Of a stretch of DNA of 64,000 nt, positions 1-9,535 are shown one piece after another. The DNA is taken from NCBI GenBank assembly GCA_945879065.1, contig CAMCUU010000004.1:73-64072 (forward strand). The letters are read 5' to 3'. A model generated the notes under the pieces. It was not told where the DNA came from, made no database searches, and was given only the letters and a program-made list of their open reading frames with translations. A program made the position numbers and the translations under genes. This DNA is from Francisella tularensis subsp. holarctica. GTDB lineage: Bacteria; Pseudomonadota; Gammaproteobacteria; Francisellales; CACEW01. Every line of letters starts with the position of its first letter. Position 1 is the first letter of the stretch.

Positions 1-21
1 CATCCTTTGCTCGAGATCAGT

Positions 22-41
22 ATCCCTGATCAGGGATTTTG
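22..41 (+). terminator. Perfect 16-bp palindrome ATCCCTGATCAGGGAT followed by TTTT; possible terminator of a gene upstream of the window
   Basis: Read directly: 22-37 is self-complementary and a T-run follows. Confidence 0.3.
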
Positions 42-204
42 AACATAGCGGAAATCTCGGAAGGCGGTGTGAGAGATTGTCGGAAAATTCTTGTGATAAA
101 CTCGGCAGTCTTAATTTTGGGGTCTTAATTTTTGAGCAGATAAAAAAATTTTAAAAAAATAAAAATATAAAAAATATAAATATAAAAAGAGGTAAAAATA
201 AAAA

Positions 205-639
205 ATGAAAGTCAGAGACATGTTACATATCACAACAACAGAGCACCCAGATCCTAAAGATTCAGCCGTGGTTCGAAATGGCATTTATTCTTTTAATAAT
301 GCCCACTATGGCGAAAAGCCTGGATTCTTCAGCGTGATTTTAAAAAGCACGGCGGGCGTGGTTTATGGGGGCCTTACGGCTTATGTCCATTCAGATTCTA
401 TCTTTATAGATATCTTGTGGGTCGATGATGTGGTTCGTGGTCAGGGTTATGGGACTAAGTTAATTCAAGCGGCTGAAGCCGAAGCGCGCAAGAGAAAAAT
501 ACCTAGCTCTACGGTGGATACGTTTGATTTTCAGGCTGAGCCTTTTTATAAAAAAATGGGTTATGTAGATATCGGCGTGATTCGAAATTATGTTCACGGC
601 TTTGATCGGTTTTTTCTAAGAAAAGATTTGAAAATTTAA
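205..639 (+). CDS. GNAT-family N-acetyltransferase
   Basis: 144-aa ORF. Acetyl-CoA binding motif-A-like 'VRGQGYGTKLIQAAEAEARKR'. AGAGG RBS upstream of the ATG. Confidence 0.75.
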   Translation: MKVRDMLHITTTEHPDPKDSAVVRNGIYSFNNAHYGEKPGFFSVILKSTAGVVYGGLTAYVHSDSIFIDILWVDDVVRGQGYGTKLIQAAEAEARKRKIPSSTVDTFDFQAEPFYKKMGYVDIGVIRNYVHGFDRFFLRKDLKI

Positions 640-643
640 AATT

Positions 644-1885
644 TTAATTTTTAACTTCTGCCAATAATTTAAAATAACTCGACAGTCTTTCTTGAGAGAT
701 TTTATGCTCTTGTACGGCTTTCAAAAGCGCGCAGCCTTTAGCATTTTCTTGATGGCTGCAGTTTCTGAATTGGCATTGGTTAATATACGGCGCGAATTCA
801 ATAAAGCCCTGGATTAAATCTTGAGGGCTTAAATCCCAGAGGCCAAATTCTCGAATGCCTGGAGAGTCTATTAAGCAAGTTTCAGGGTTTAATTTTAGAT
901 TTAAATCCAATTCTAAATCTAATTCTAAATTTAAATTTAAATTTAAATTAATAGGGTAAAGCCGAGCAGTCGTCGTCGTATGCCGGCCTTTTTGATTTGC
1001 GCTGGAGATATCCCCCGTCTTGGCGGTATCTAAAATTTCTAGATCTAGATTTAGATCAGGAATTTGCGTGTTAAAGATTTTATTAATTAAAGAAGATTTC
1101 CCAACACCACTTTGGCCGACGAAGATGCTAGTTTTGTTTTTTATTTTTTCTAAAAGTTTTTTTATCGGGCGTTCTTTAATGCTTAACTTGGGATTTAAAT
1201 CATTGCCGAGCTCTAAGATTTCATAGCCAATTTTTTCATATCTTTGGATTAATTTTTTAAAATAATTCAGGGTTTCTAAAGGGGTAGTTGGATTTAAGAG
1301 ATCTGTTTTATTTAAAATAATAATCACTGGAATATCCTGACTGTGAGCACTGACCAGGGCACGATCTAAGGCTTGTTCAATAGGCGGTGGATTAACAGCA
1401 ATGACTAAAAATAGTTGATCAATATTAGCGGCGATGCCTTTCTGGCCTTTATGAATATCAGGGCGCTGAAGAAAGGATTTTCTAGGCAGTCTTGCAGTGA
1501 TGACCCCTAAATTTAAATTTTTTCCTGAATTTTTTTCCTGATTTTTTTCCTGATTTTTTTCCTGATTTTTTTCCTGATTTTTTTCCAGACAAAAAATAAC
1601 TTGGTCTCCCGTGACTAGTAAGCCTAAATTTTGACGGGCGAAGCATTTAAAAATTAAGCCTTCTTGATCTTGAACTTCTAGGGTTTGGCCATAGTGAGCC
1701 ATGATGCGGCCAGGTTGTTCAGGGCCAAGGCTTTCCCCCTCTCTGCCCAATTGGCCTGCGGCCTCTTGGTCTGTCTCTCCCGCAAGGGGAGAGACGATGT
1801 CAGAAGAGCTTGCATTTTCAATTCTTTTTTCAGATTTTTTTTCAATCCGTCTTCGTTGATTTTGAGAGAGCTTGCGTTGGGTCAT
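644..1885 (-). CDS. rsgA: Ribosome small-subunit-dependent GTPase A (RsgA/YjeQ) carrying three in-frame repeat insertions
   Basis: Circularly permuted GTPase order 'NKTDL' then 'GQSGVGKSSLIN'. C-terminal zinc knuckle 'CQFRNCSHQENAKGC'. Confidence 0.9.
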   Translation of the reverse strand: MTQRKLSQNQRRRIEKKSEKRIENASSSDIVSPLAGETDQEAAGQLGREGESLGPEQPGRIMAHYGQTLEVQDQEGLIFKCFARQNLGLLVTGDQVIFCLEKNQEKNQEKNQEKNQEKNSGKNLNLGVITARLPRKSFLQRPDIHKGQKGIAANIDQLFLVIAVNPPPIEQALDRALVSAHSQDIPVIIILNKTDLLNPTTPLETLNYFKKLIQRYEKIGYEILELGNDLNPKLSIKERPIKKLLEKIKNKTSIFVGQSGVGKSSLINKIFNTQIPDLNLDLEILDTAKTGDISSANQKGRHTTTTARLYPINLNLNLNLELDLELDLNLKLNPETCLIDSPGIREFGLWDLSPQDLIQGFIEFAPYINQCQFRNCSHQENAKGCALLKAVQEHKISQERLSSYFKLLAEVKN

Positions 1886-1912
1886 TGTTTTTTATTTTCT
1901 TAATTTTATTTT

Positions 1913-2341
1913 TTAAAAATTCGGCTGAAAGATAATTAAGACAATAATTAAAATTAATAAAACCGTCGGGATTTCGTTAAATAATCTAAAAAATTTGTCT
2001 GTGTGAGTGGATTTATTATTTTTAAATTTAAAAAAATAATAGCCAGAAAAGATATGAAAAATGATTAATAAAATAACTAATAATAATTTGATATGGAGCC
2101 AGATTGGATAGGGCGCATGGTATAAAAAAGACATGAGCGTATAGCCAGAAATAATGGTCAAAATCATGGCGGGGCACATGATATAAAAATAAAGCTTGCG
2201 CTCCATGATTAAAAACTGATTTTTAATCTCCAGGTTATTGGTTTGAGCGTGATATACAAACAATCTTGGCAAATAAAACAGCCCCGCGAACCAGCAAATT
2301 AAGCTGATGAGATGGAGACAGAGCAGGGCATGGATGAGCAT
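1913..2341 (-). CDS. hemJ: HemJ-type protoporphyrinogen IX oxidase (UPF0093 membrane protein)
   Basis: 142-aa multi-TM ORF with the family signature 'WFAGLFYLPRLFVYHA'. Confidence 0.75.
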   Translation of the reverse strand: MLIHALLCLHLISLICWFAGLFYLPRLFVYHAQTNNLEIKNQFLIMERKLYFYIMCPAMILTIISGYTLMSFLYHAPYPIWLHIKLLLVILLIIFHIFSGYYFFKFKNNKSTHTDKFFRLFNEIPTVLLILIIVLIIFQPNF

Positions 2342-2349
2342 ATTTTATT

Positions 2350-4230
2350 TTATTGGGGCGCTTGTGAGTTTGGCGATAAAGGGGGGAGTGGCTTATCAAA
2401 CCCTGGAGGAGGTGTGACGGTTTCACGCTTCATGAGCTGATCAACTTGGGTGACATCAATGGTTTCATAAGTCATCAAGGCCTCAGCCATAGCATGTAAA
2501 ATATCGATATTATTTTTTAATAAAATTTCCGTACGAGCGTAATTTTTTTCGATCAGATTTTTAATTTCTTGATCAATAATTTCAGCCGTAGCATTGGCAA
2601 TGACATTGCTTTTACGCATACCCATCGAATGGCCTAAGAAAGGCTGGTCGTTATCTTCGCCGTACATCATCGGGCCTAGGCGGTCACAGAGACCCCATTT
2701 GGTGACCATGTTATGTGCAATTTCTGTGGCTTTTTGAATGTCGTTAGAGGCGCCAGTGGTAACACGCTCTTTGCCGAAAATTAACTCTTCAGCGACCCGA
2801 CCGCCGTAAATACTGGAGAGCAAGCTTTCTAATTTTTGACGGCTGTAGCTGACCTGGTCTCGCTCTGGTAAGTACATGGTGACCCCTAAAGCGCGACCTC
2901 TTGGAATGATGGTGACTTTATAGACCGGATCATGTTCGGGAACTAAGCGACCTACGATGGCATGGCCGGCTTCATGGTAAGCCGTTAATCTTCTTTCATC
3001 ATCAGTCATCGCCAAAGTCCGGCGTTCGGTGCCCATGAGAATTTTATCTTTGGCACGTTCGAAATCACTCATGGCGACTTTGGTTTTATTATCTTTCGCA
3101 GCCATCAAAGCCGCTTCGTTGACTAAATTTGCTAAATCAGCACCTGAAAATCCGGGAGTGCCTCGGGCGATTAAATCAGGTTTAACATCGTCAGAGATCG
3201 ACACTTTGCGAATATGGACTTTGAGAATTTGCTCGCGTCCACGAATGTCTGGAAGTCCGACAGTGACCTGGCGATCAAAGCGACCGGGTCTTAATAAAGC
3301 TGGGTCTAAGACGTCAGGTCTATTTGTCGCTGCAATGACAATCACGCCTTCGTTATCAGCAAAGCCGTCCATTTCCACTAAGAGCTGATTTAAAGTCTGT
3401 TCGCGCTCATCATGACCACCGCCAAGACCTGCGCCGCGATGGCGACCGACGGCATCAATCTCGTCAATAAAAATAATACAGGGCGCGCGTTTCTTAGCCT
3501 GTTCAAACATATCTCTAACTCGGGAGGCGCCGACACCGACAAACATTTCGACAAAGTCTGAGCCTGAGATAGAGAAAAATGGGACTTTGGCTTCACCAGC
3601 AATTGCTCTTGCTAATAAAGTCTTACCAGTACCAGGGGGGCCGACCATTAAAATACCTCGGGGGATTTTCCCACCAATATTTTGATACTTAGTCGGGTCT
3701 CTTAAAAAATCGACTATTTCAGACACTTCTGCTTTGGCTTCTTCGACACCAGCCACATCTGCCAAAGTAATTTTGACTTGATCTTCGCCTAAAAGTCGGG
3801 CTTTGCTTTTGCCAAAAGAAAAAGCACCGCCTTTGCCACCACTCATTTGTCTTAATAAAAATATCCAAATGGCGATTAATAAAACAAAGGGGAACCAGCT
3901 GATAAAAATGCGCATTAATAGCGACTCTTGAGCCGGTGGCTTGGCGCTAATATTCACACTGTGAGAGAGCATTTGATCGGTCACAAAAGGATCCGGCCAA
4001 GGTAAATAAGTCGCGTAATCTTGGCCGTTAGATAATTCGCCATTAATAGACCGACCATCGATCATGGCAGATTTTACAGCGCCATTATTAATTTGATTCA
4101 TAAAGTCAGAATAAGACAGCTCGCTCTGTGGTTTGTTATTGCTATCGGTTAAGCCCAAATTGCTAAAAATAAAAACCAAAACAAACGCAACTAGAACCCA
4201 AAAGAGAATACTCTTCGTTGTTTTATTCAT
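2350..4230 (-). CDS. ftsH: ATP-dependent zinc metalloprotease FtsH
   Basis: N-terminal TM, Walker A 'GPPGTGKT', zinc site 'HEAGHAIVG', 626 aa. Confidence 0.97.
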   Translation of the reverse strand: MNKTTKSILFWVLVAFVLVFIFSNLGLTDSNNKPQSELSYSDFMNQINNGAVKSAMIDGRSINGELSNGQDYATYLPWPDPFVTDQMLSHSVNISAKPPAQESLLMRIFISWFPFVLLIAIWIFLLRQMSGGKGGAFSFGKSKARLLGEDQVKITLADVAGVEEAKAEVSEIVDFLRDPTKYQNIGGKIPRGILMVGPPGTGKTLLARAIAGEAKVPFFSISGSDFVEMFVGVGASRVRDMFEQAKKRAPCIIFIDEIDAVGRHRGAGLGGGHDEREQTLNQLLVEMDGFADNEGVIVIAATNRPDVLDPALLRPGRFDRQVTVGLPDIRGREQILKVHIRKVSISDDVKPDLIARGTPGFSGADLANLVNEAALMAAKDNKTKVAMSDFERAKDKILMGTERRTLAMTDDERRLTAYHEAGHAIVGRLVPEHDPVYKVTIIPRGRALGVTMYLPERDQVSYSRQKLESLLSSIYGGRVAEELIFGKERVTTGASNDIQKATEIAHNMVTKWGLCDRLGPMMYGEDNDQPFLGHSMGMRKSNVIANATAEIIDQEIKNLIEKNYARTEILLKNNIDILHAMAEALMTYETIDVTQVDQLMKRETVTPPPGFDKPLPPLSPNSQAPQ

Positions 4231-4303
4231 GAATAAATCCGTAAAAAATTAAAGCAAATGCGGATGCACTGGCCTATCAAAAAAGATCGGTAAAGCTACT
4301 TGG

Positions 4304-5344
4304 TTAAATAGGGGGAGTCAAGAAAATATAGTTATTAAAAAGGGCTTGGCGACTATGCATAGCCTCATGTGCCGAAAGAATTTTTCCATTTGGAAATTGA
4401 ATTTTAGTTAAGGTAATTCTTTCTTGTCCTTCAGGTCCACAGGCGACGGTAATGCCTAATTTATTAACTTCAATAATTTTTCCTGGCGGGGTTTTTTCTC
4501 CATTTTTTATTTTATTTTTTTCTGTGCTGTCTAAATTAAAATCCATAACAGCCTCATGAATTCGAATAATAAATTCCCCTAATTGACCGCTGGCAATAGG
4601 ATAAGGATTGAAAGCACGAATCTGACAGCTGATCTTGCAAGCCGAATCTGACCAACGAATAGATGACTCTGATTTTTCTAATTTTTTGGCATAGGTAATT
4701 TTATTATTTTTATTATCTTTATTATCTGTCTGAGGCTTTTTAACTAGTAAATTTTGATTTAATAATTTTAAACCTTTTAATAAAGCTTCAGGGCTGAGCT
4801 GGGCTAATTTGTCATGCAAAGTCTGGCTGGTGTCTTGGTTTTTAATCTCACAAGTTTCCGTGAGTAAAATATCTCCCGTATCTAATCCAGCATCCATTTG
4901 CATGAGGCTAATTCCAGTGAATTTATCTCCCGCCTGAATCGCTCTTTGAATAGGCGCAGCCCCTCGCCACCGGGGTAGTAAAGACACATGAATATTCCAG
5001 CCGCCATGGGTGGGGCTATTTAAAATATCAAGAGGCAAAATTAAGCCATAAGCTAAAACTATTAATAAATCTGCTTTGTAATTTTTAAAAGTTTCTAAAT
5101 TATTCAATAATTTAAAAGATAAGGGCGTTTCGACAGGAATATTTTCAGCCAGGGCTAGCTTTTTAATGGGTGAAGGCGTGAGTTGCTGGCCTCGCCCCTG
5201 GGGTCGATCAGGCTGGGTATACGCAGCCAAGAGGTCTATAGAAAATCCATGTGTTTTTTTAAATTCAGGGTCCCGACTCCAGTGAATTAAACTAGATAAA
5301 GTAGGTAGAGCAATTTCAGGGGTTCCAGCGAAAATAATGCGCAT
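4304..5344 (-). CDS. fmt: Methionyl-tRNA formyltransferase
   Basis: 'MRIIFAGTPE' N-terminus and 'HVSLLPRWRGAAPIQRAI'. Located downstream of def. Contains a 'DNKDNKNNK' low-complexity insert. Confidence 0.92.
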   Translation of the reverse strand: MRIIFAGTPEIALPTLSSLIHWSRDPEFKKTHGFSIDLLAAYTQPDRPQGRGQQLTPSPIKKLALAENIPVETPLSFKLLNNLETFKNYKADLLIVLAYGLILPLDILNSPTHGGWNIHVSLLPRWRGAAPIQRAIQAGDKFTGISLMQMDAGLDTGDILLTETCEIKNQDTSQTLHDKLAQLSPEALLKGLKLLNQNLLVKKPQTDNKDNKNNKITYAKKLEKSESSIRWSDSACKISCQIRAFNPYPIASGQLGEFIIRIHEAVMDFNLDSTEKNKIKNGEKTPPGKIIEVNKLGITVACGPEGQERITLTKIQFPNGKILSAHEAMHSRQALFNNYIFLTPPI

Positions 5345-5365
5345 TTTTTATAAAACTTATAAAAT

Positions 5366-5902
5366 TTATAGAACTTTTTTCTGATGCTTTTGCATTTTTT
5401 TCTCTAATAATTTTCTTTTGACCGGCGGTAAATAATCTAAAAATACAATGCCATCTAAATGATCTAATTCATGCTGAACGCAGCGTGCTTCAAGACCTGT
5501 ATAAATTTCTGTAAATACTTGGCCTTCTAGATTTAAAGCCTGAATAGTTATTTTTCTTGCTCGGGTTATTTTTGCGTAAACACCTGGAAAAGACAGGCAG
5601 CCTTCTTCTGATTCGATAGCATCCAGCTCGCCTGTTTTTTCAATGATTTCAGGATTAATAAAAACCAAGGGTTGTGTGTGAGTTTCAGAGCAGTCCATGA
5701 CAAACAATCTTAAATCTAGGCCTACTTGTGTGGCTGCAAGGCCAACGCCATTGTCGCTGTACATAGTCTCCAGCATATCTTGAGTGATTTGTTTAAGATT
5801 ATTAGCAGTGCTGGAAATAGTATTGGAATGATTAAAATTAATAGGGTTGGTTTTAATTTTTAAAAACGGATCGGGGTATTTTAAAACTTTTAGAATGGCC
5901 AT
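5366..5902 (-). CDS. def: Peptide deformylase
   Basis: Metal-site motifs 'EGCLSFPG' and 'QHELDHLDG'. Confidence 0.93.
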   Translation of the reverse strand: MAILKVLKYPDPFLKIKTNPINFNHSNTISSTANNLKQITQDMLETMYSDNGVGLAATQVGLDLRLFVMDCSETHTQPLVFINPEIIEKTGELDAIESEEGCLSFPGVYAKITRARKITIQALNLEGQVFTEIYTGLEARCVQHELDHLDGIVFLDYLPPVKRKLLEKKMQKHQKKVL

Positions 5903-5950
5903 GTTTTTCTCTTAAATTTTTTAGTCAAATTTTTCAGTCAAATTTTTCAA

Positions 5951-5964
5951 GACGCGGAGTTTAA
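5951..5964 (-). promoter_or_regulatory. -10-like TTAAAC followed by GC block (tccgcgtc) upstream of def-fmt
   Basis: Reverse complement reads 'ctgTTAAACtccgcgtc'. Same hexamer-plus-GC architecture as other intergenic regions. Followed by a tandem 'gaaaaatttgact' x2 in the leader. Confidence 0.35.
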
Positions 5965-6021
5965 CAGACTGATTTTTAAATGGGAGGTGGCCTAAGACAG
6001 CCGTGAAAAAAAAGTAAATCA

Positions 6022-6037
6022 TGATAAGATGCGCCGC
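6022..6037 (+). promoter_or_regulatory. Extended -10 promoter-like motif TGaTAAGAT + GC-rich block gcgccgc
   Basis: Exact member of the recurrent motif (C/T)ATGnTAAGAT(G/C)CG..GC. Overlaps the ATG at 6021, which argues for the downstream start at 6066. Confidence 0.5.
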
Positions 6038-6065
6038 ATTTTTTCAAGCGAGGGGCTTAAGTTTA

Positions 6066-7412
6066 ATGTCTGAGCGGTACAATCAAAATTTAACTAAATT
6101 GACTTGGTTGGAAGCCAGAGATTTAGTTCAGTCCGTTAATTCAGCTTTAGCCAAAGAAATCGATGAGCTGGACCCTGGTCCTGAATATGCTTTGTATCAT
6201 GTTAAATATCCCTATGGGGAATTACTGGCAGATCAGTCTGTTTTAAATTTACCGACGAGTGACGGGTCTTTTTTGCCCTACAGCTCTTCAGAGCATCCAG
6301 CAGGGATCAAAGAAGATTTGGGTTATGGGCCGATTGTTCCAGCCTGTTTAATTTTAAAAAATACCGTTGAGCTTTATTGCGAATTAGAAGATCGAGTGAA
6401 AACTATTTTTACGGCGAAACAGGGTGATCTAGTCGGATTTTTTGCCGCGATGAAATTGGGTTCAGCGCTGGATAAAAATAACGCCGTGTGTATGGCTGCT
6501 GGACTAAGATCTATGTTCATGATCGCGCCGATTGGCGACAATATTGCGCATAATAGACTGATGCGGACTTATGATATTCACTCTTCAGCGCCTAAAAAAT
6601 TATTAGACCAATGGCATGTATTTAAAGAAATCGCCCAGTCTCGAGATCTTTCTTGGGAAGTTGAGGTTTTGTTTTTTTCAAAATCCTGGTTTGAAGCTTT
6701 ACAAGAAAAAAAATGGAGATTGTTTCGACAATTTTTATTTGAATCTGTGTGGGGGCTTGTTTTAAGGCATTCATATTATGAATTTAACGAGCTTTTTTTA
6801 TCTCACATGCAAACGCAATGTAATTTAAGATCAGATCCACATTTAATTAATACCACGCATCATTTGATTTATTTAGCCGCTGGAATTACGCCGGCTTATG
6901 GCGTGCTAGATAGCGAAGTTCAGGCGCCTATTGAGTTTTTACAGCAGGTCTATGTGTCAGATTATCGATTGGCTTATGCGCCCATTATGCTGGGCACGCG
7001 TTATTTTTCAGAAGATACCCCTGTTTATTATTCTTTAGAGGTCCCAACGAATATTCATTCGACGATTCGATCTAGAAAGCGAATTACTCGTATTGAAGAA
7101 CTGAGAGAAGCGCGAAGAACTTTAGTCGCCATGCAAAGAGAGATTTTGCGAAATCGATTAGAGCTGGAAGATTTGCCCAGATCCATATTTCATGCGGCAA
7201 AAAGCGTTAATTTTGAATATTTTCATAGTGAAGCGGAGCGAGGGGATTTGATTCATCCAGTCATGGATGTCTTAGATATTGACCAGGGTATGAAAGCCAT
7301 TGTTGACCAATTTAAGCTCCCCCTCTGTGATACCAACCGTTTCTTCTGGGGCTGTATCTCGATTTCTTCTAAAGGCCCTGGGAGTCCTGGATTTTCCAAG
7401 GGGGAGAAGTAA
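6066..7412 (+). CDS. Hypothetical protein (about 448 aa), no family recognised
   Basis: Long ORF. Start moved to ATG 6066 ('MSERYNQ', GAGGGG RBS) because 6021 lies inside the promoter-like motif. No catalytic motif recognised. Confidence 0.6.
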   Translation: MSERYNQNLTKLTWLEARDLVQSVNSALAKEIDELDPGPEYALYHVKYPYGELLADQSVLNLPTSDGSFLPYSSSEHPAGIKEDLGYGPIVPACLILKNTVELYCELEDRVKTIFTAKQGDLVGFFAAMKLGSALDKNNAVCMAAGLRSMFMIAPIGDNIAHNRLMRTYDIHSSAPKKLLDQWHVFKEIAQSRDLSWEVEVLFFSKSWFEALQEKKWRLFRQFLFESVWGLVLRHSYYEFNELFLSHMQTQCNLRSDPHLINTTHHLIYLAAGITPAYGVLDSEVQAPIEFLQQVYVSDYRLAYAPIMLGTRYFSEDTPVYYSLEVPTNIHSTIRSRKRITRIEELREARRTLVAMQREILRNRLELEDLPRSIFHAAKSVNFEYFHSEAERGDLIHPVMDVLDIDQGMKAIVDQFKLPLCDTNRFFWGCISISSKGPGSPGFSKGEK

Positions 7413-7703
7413 TTAAAATATTAAAAAATATTAAAATTAGTTAGAGAGTGATGATGCCTGCAAAATGGTTGTCGAAATCATACTGATTTTGCAGGGGCAT
7501 GATTATCGCGGTGTGTTTTATAGCGTTCATTGGGTTGTCTCCAGCTGAAGATTGTTTTTAGGCGGCGGGGATTATTGCGCTTTATTCTTAAGATCTAAAT
7601 AGGGTAAAGATAAATTAAGATTATTTTTATGTTTTATAAGTCTAATAAAACTTATTTTGATTTATGGCTTATGAATCTATTTTAATTACTGCTTTGTAGT
7701 GGG

Positions 7704-7716
7704 TAAAACGCGCGAG
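7704..7716 (+). promoter_or_regulatory. -10-like TAAAAC followed by GC block gcgcgag
   Basis: Same hexamer-plus-GC architecture, about 80 nt upstream of the 7797 ORF. Confidence 0.3.
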
Positions 7717-7796
7717 TGAAATCGCCATTTTAATCCTCTGATTTGTCAGCTTAAATACACGACATGAGAAATCGTTGCTTTGAGTTGGAGGTTTCT

Positions 7797-8081
7797 ATGA
7801 GTTCGGTGTTAAAAGTGCTCTCTGAATTAGGAGACGGCCAAGATAAGGCTTTACTAATTGAACTACCAGGTGATTTAGCAAAAGAGATTCATATTCATAA
7901 AGATGGTTCGGTAGATACCATGGCTTTGTTAAAACTCTTGAGAAAAGTCGCTGTGGCAGAACTTCAAAGTCAGACCAACAGTGCCAACGCTCTGGAAACT
8001 GAAGAAGATATCATGAGTCGTAAAGCGTTTCTGATGAACATGATTTTTAATTCCAAAATGGCTATTGATACAGATTGTTAG
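7797..8081 (+). CDS. Hypothetical small protein (94 aa)
   Basis: GGAGG RBS 6 nt before ATG 7797 ('MSSVLKVL'). Followed by an imperfect hairpin at 8110-8150. Confidence 0.5.
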   Translation: MSSVLKVLSELGDGQDKALLIELPGDLAKEIHIHKDGSVDTMALLKLLRKVAVAELQSQTNSANALETEEDIMSRKAFLMNMIFNSKMAIDTDC

Positions 8082-8329
8082 AATATTAAATGCAAGTTTT
8101 CCTCCTAGGTCAGGAGTCTTGTCGGGGTGTCGACTGGCAAGATTCCTGGGCTATTTAGATAAGTTAGTTAGATAAATAAATAAAATTTTATAAATATAAA
8201 AATTAAATAAAAATATAAAAAAAGTAGATCAAGTCAGGTAAGAAACCGTAAGTAACCCTTGCGGTTTTTTTTTGTTTTTTGCACTCTGTCGGCCGGATTA
8301 AAATCAAGGCCCAGTGTGTAAAAATTAAT

Positions 8330-9535
8330 ATGATTAAAAATAATAAATCAGTAAAAAAATTATTAAATACATCCAGTATTAAATTTTTACTGCAAGTCTT
8401 AAAAAAACAGAATCTAGAAAGCCTAGAAAGTTTAGAGCTCACGCCAGAGAATCTGGAAGTATTAAAATCTCATAGCTTAGAAAATTGGGCCTATGAGAAT
8501 ATTCCCGCCTGGAGACCGGCTTTAAAAAATAGAAGAATGTTTTTATTGCAAAGATCCATGGCCCAGCTTTCAGCACTTATAAAAATAAAGAAAGCTTTTG
8601 AAGCTGAAAAAATAGATTTTATAGTTTTAAAGGGCCTGCCTTTGTCCATGCTTTTATATAATGATTATACGGTCAGGCAGTGCGGTGATATTGATATTTT
8701 TATAAGGCCTGAAAAAATTTTAGAAGCCCATCAGTGTTTAATTCAGCTGGGATATGTGATTCGCGTGGATCATCCAGTTTTGAAAGGAGGTGTTCCTGCC
8801 ATTTTGTCAGCAGAAAAGGATCTTGGATATTTTCATCCCGAAACTCATGTTGTTTTAGAGTGTCACTGGCGCTTGATGCGTAATCCGCGTTTAGTGGGGG
8901 ATTGTTTTGAAAATTTTTTAGCAAGAGCAGATAAAATTTTATTAGGTCCAGAGACTTTCAATTTTTTTAATCAAGAAGATCTTTTAATTTATCTTTCGAT
9001 GCATGGTGCTAATCATCATTGGGAAAGATTATCTTGGCTTTGGGATATTAGTATTTTGATTAAGCATATGCTTGCAACCCAGGGTTTTAGTCATGCTCAC
9101 CAGTTAGATTGGGAAAAAATTATTCAGAGAGCGCAGTTTTTAAACGCGTTAAGATCTTTGCTGCTTGCTCTTGTATGGTGTGAAATTCTATTTGGAGACA
9201 CTATGCCAGCGCTTATAAAAAACCTCTGGGATCAAGATAAAAACCTTCAGAGGCTAATGCGTTTTCAGGCGAATTATTTGCAAGAAAAATTTTTAACAAA
9301 AATCGGATTGATCGCTGATTTGAATCGCTTGGTTTTATATCCCACCTGGAAAGATAAGTGGCTTTTTTATCATGTACGCTCTTTTTCTCATTATCGCCTT
9401 GTACTGAGATGGCGTCTCCCCTTCCCCAGGCTTTGTCTCGCGCTTTGTTATTTCCTAGAGCCGGTTATCATTCTCGGTCGCTTATTTAAATATACAGGTC
9501 AGGGTCTTGTTCGATTTTTTCATCGCTTTATTTAA
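8330..9535 (+). CDS. Nucleotidyltransferase-family protein of the uncharacterised type found in lasso-peptide-like clusters
   Basis: NTase motif 'QCGDIDIFIRPE' and later 'HGANHHWERLSWLWD'. The ATG at 8330 is preferred over the TTG at 8279. Confidence 0.6.
   Translation: MIKNNKSVKKLLNTSSIKFLLQVLKKQNLESLESLELTPENLEVLKSHSLENWAYENIPAWRPALKNRRMFLLQRSMAQLSALIKIKKAFEAEKIDFIVLKGLPLSMLLYNDYTVRQCGDIDIFIRPEKILEAHQCLIQLGYVIRVDHPVLKGGVPAILSAEKDLGYFHPETHVVLECHWRLMRNPRLVGDCFENFLARADKILLGPETFNFFNQEDLLIYLSMHGANHHWERLSWLWDISILIKHMLATQGFSHAHQLDWEKIIQRAQFLNALRSLLLALVWCEILFGDTMPALIKNLWDQDKNLQRLMRFQANYLQEKFLTKIGLIADLNRLVLYPTWKDKWLFYHVRSFSHYRLVLRWRLPFPRLCLALCYFLEPVIILGRLFKYTGQGLVRFFHRFI

Noticed and set aside
3029-3388. 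Antisense or alternative-frame ORFs inside well-supported genes: 1020-1226, 1685-1903, 3029-3388, 3390-3602, 8700-8924, 13477-13719, 17546-17809, 21768-22031, 35446-35901, 46766-47038, 52776-53144, 53445-53747, 54360-54608, 55491-55826, 57459-57737 and 58800-59063
   Set aside because: Each lies wholly within a longer ORF that carries clear family motifs (ftsH, icmB, typA, ubiB and others). They have no RBS, and their composition is typical of shadow frames.
6066-7412. 448-aa unknown protein considered as the missing lasso cyclase
   Set aside because: I saw no PP-loop (SGGxDS) or glutamine-amidotransferase motif, and it is separated from the operon by 0.9 kb containing a hairpin and promoter-like signals. 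It is kept only as a speculative candidate within the RiPP finding.
8203-8442. 79-aa minus-strand ORF upstream of or overlapping the nucleotidyltransferase gene
   Set aside because: AT-rich shadow frame overlapping the better-supported + strand gene start. No RBS.
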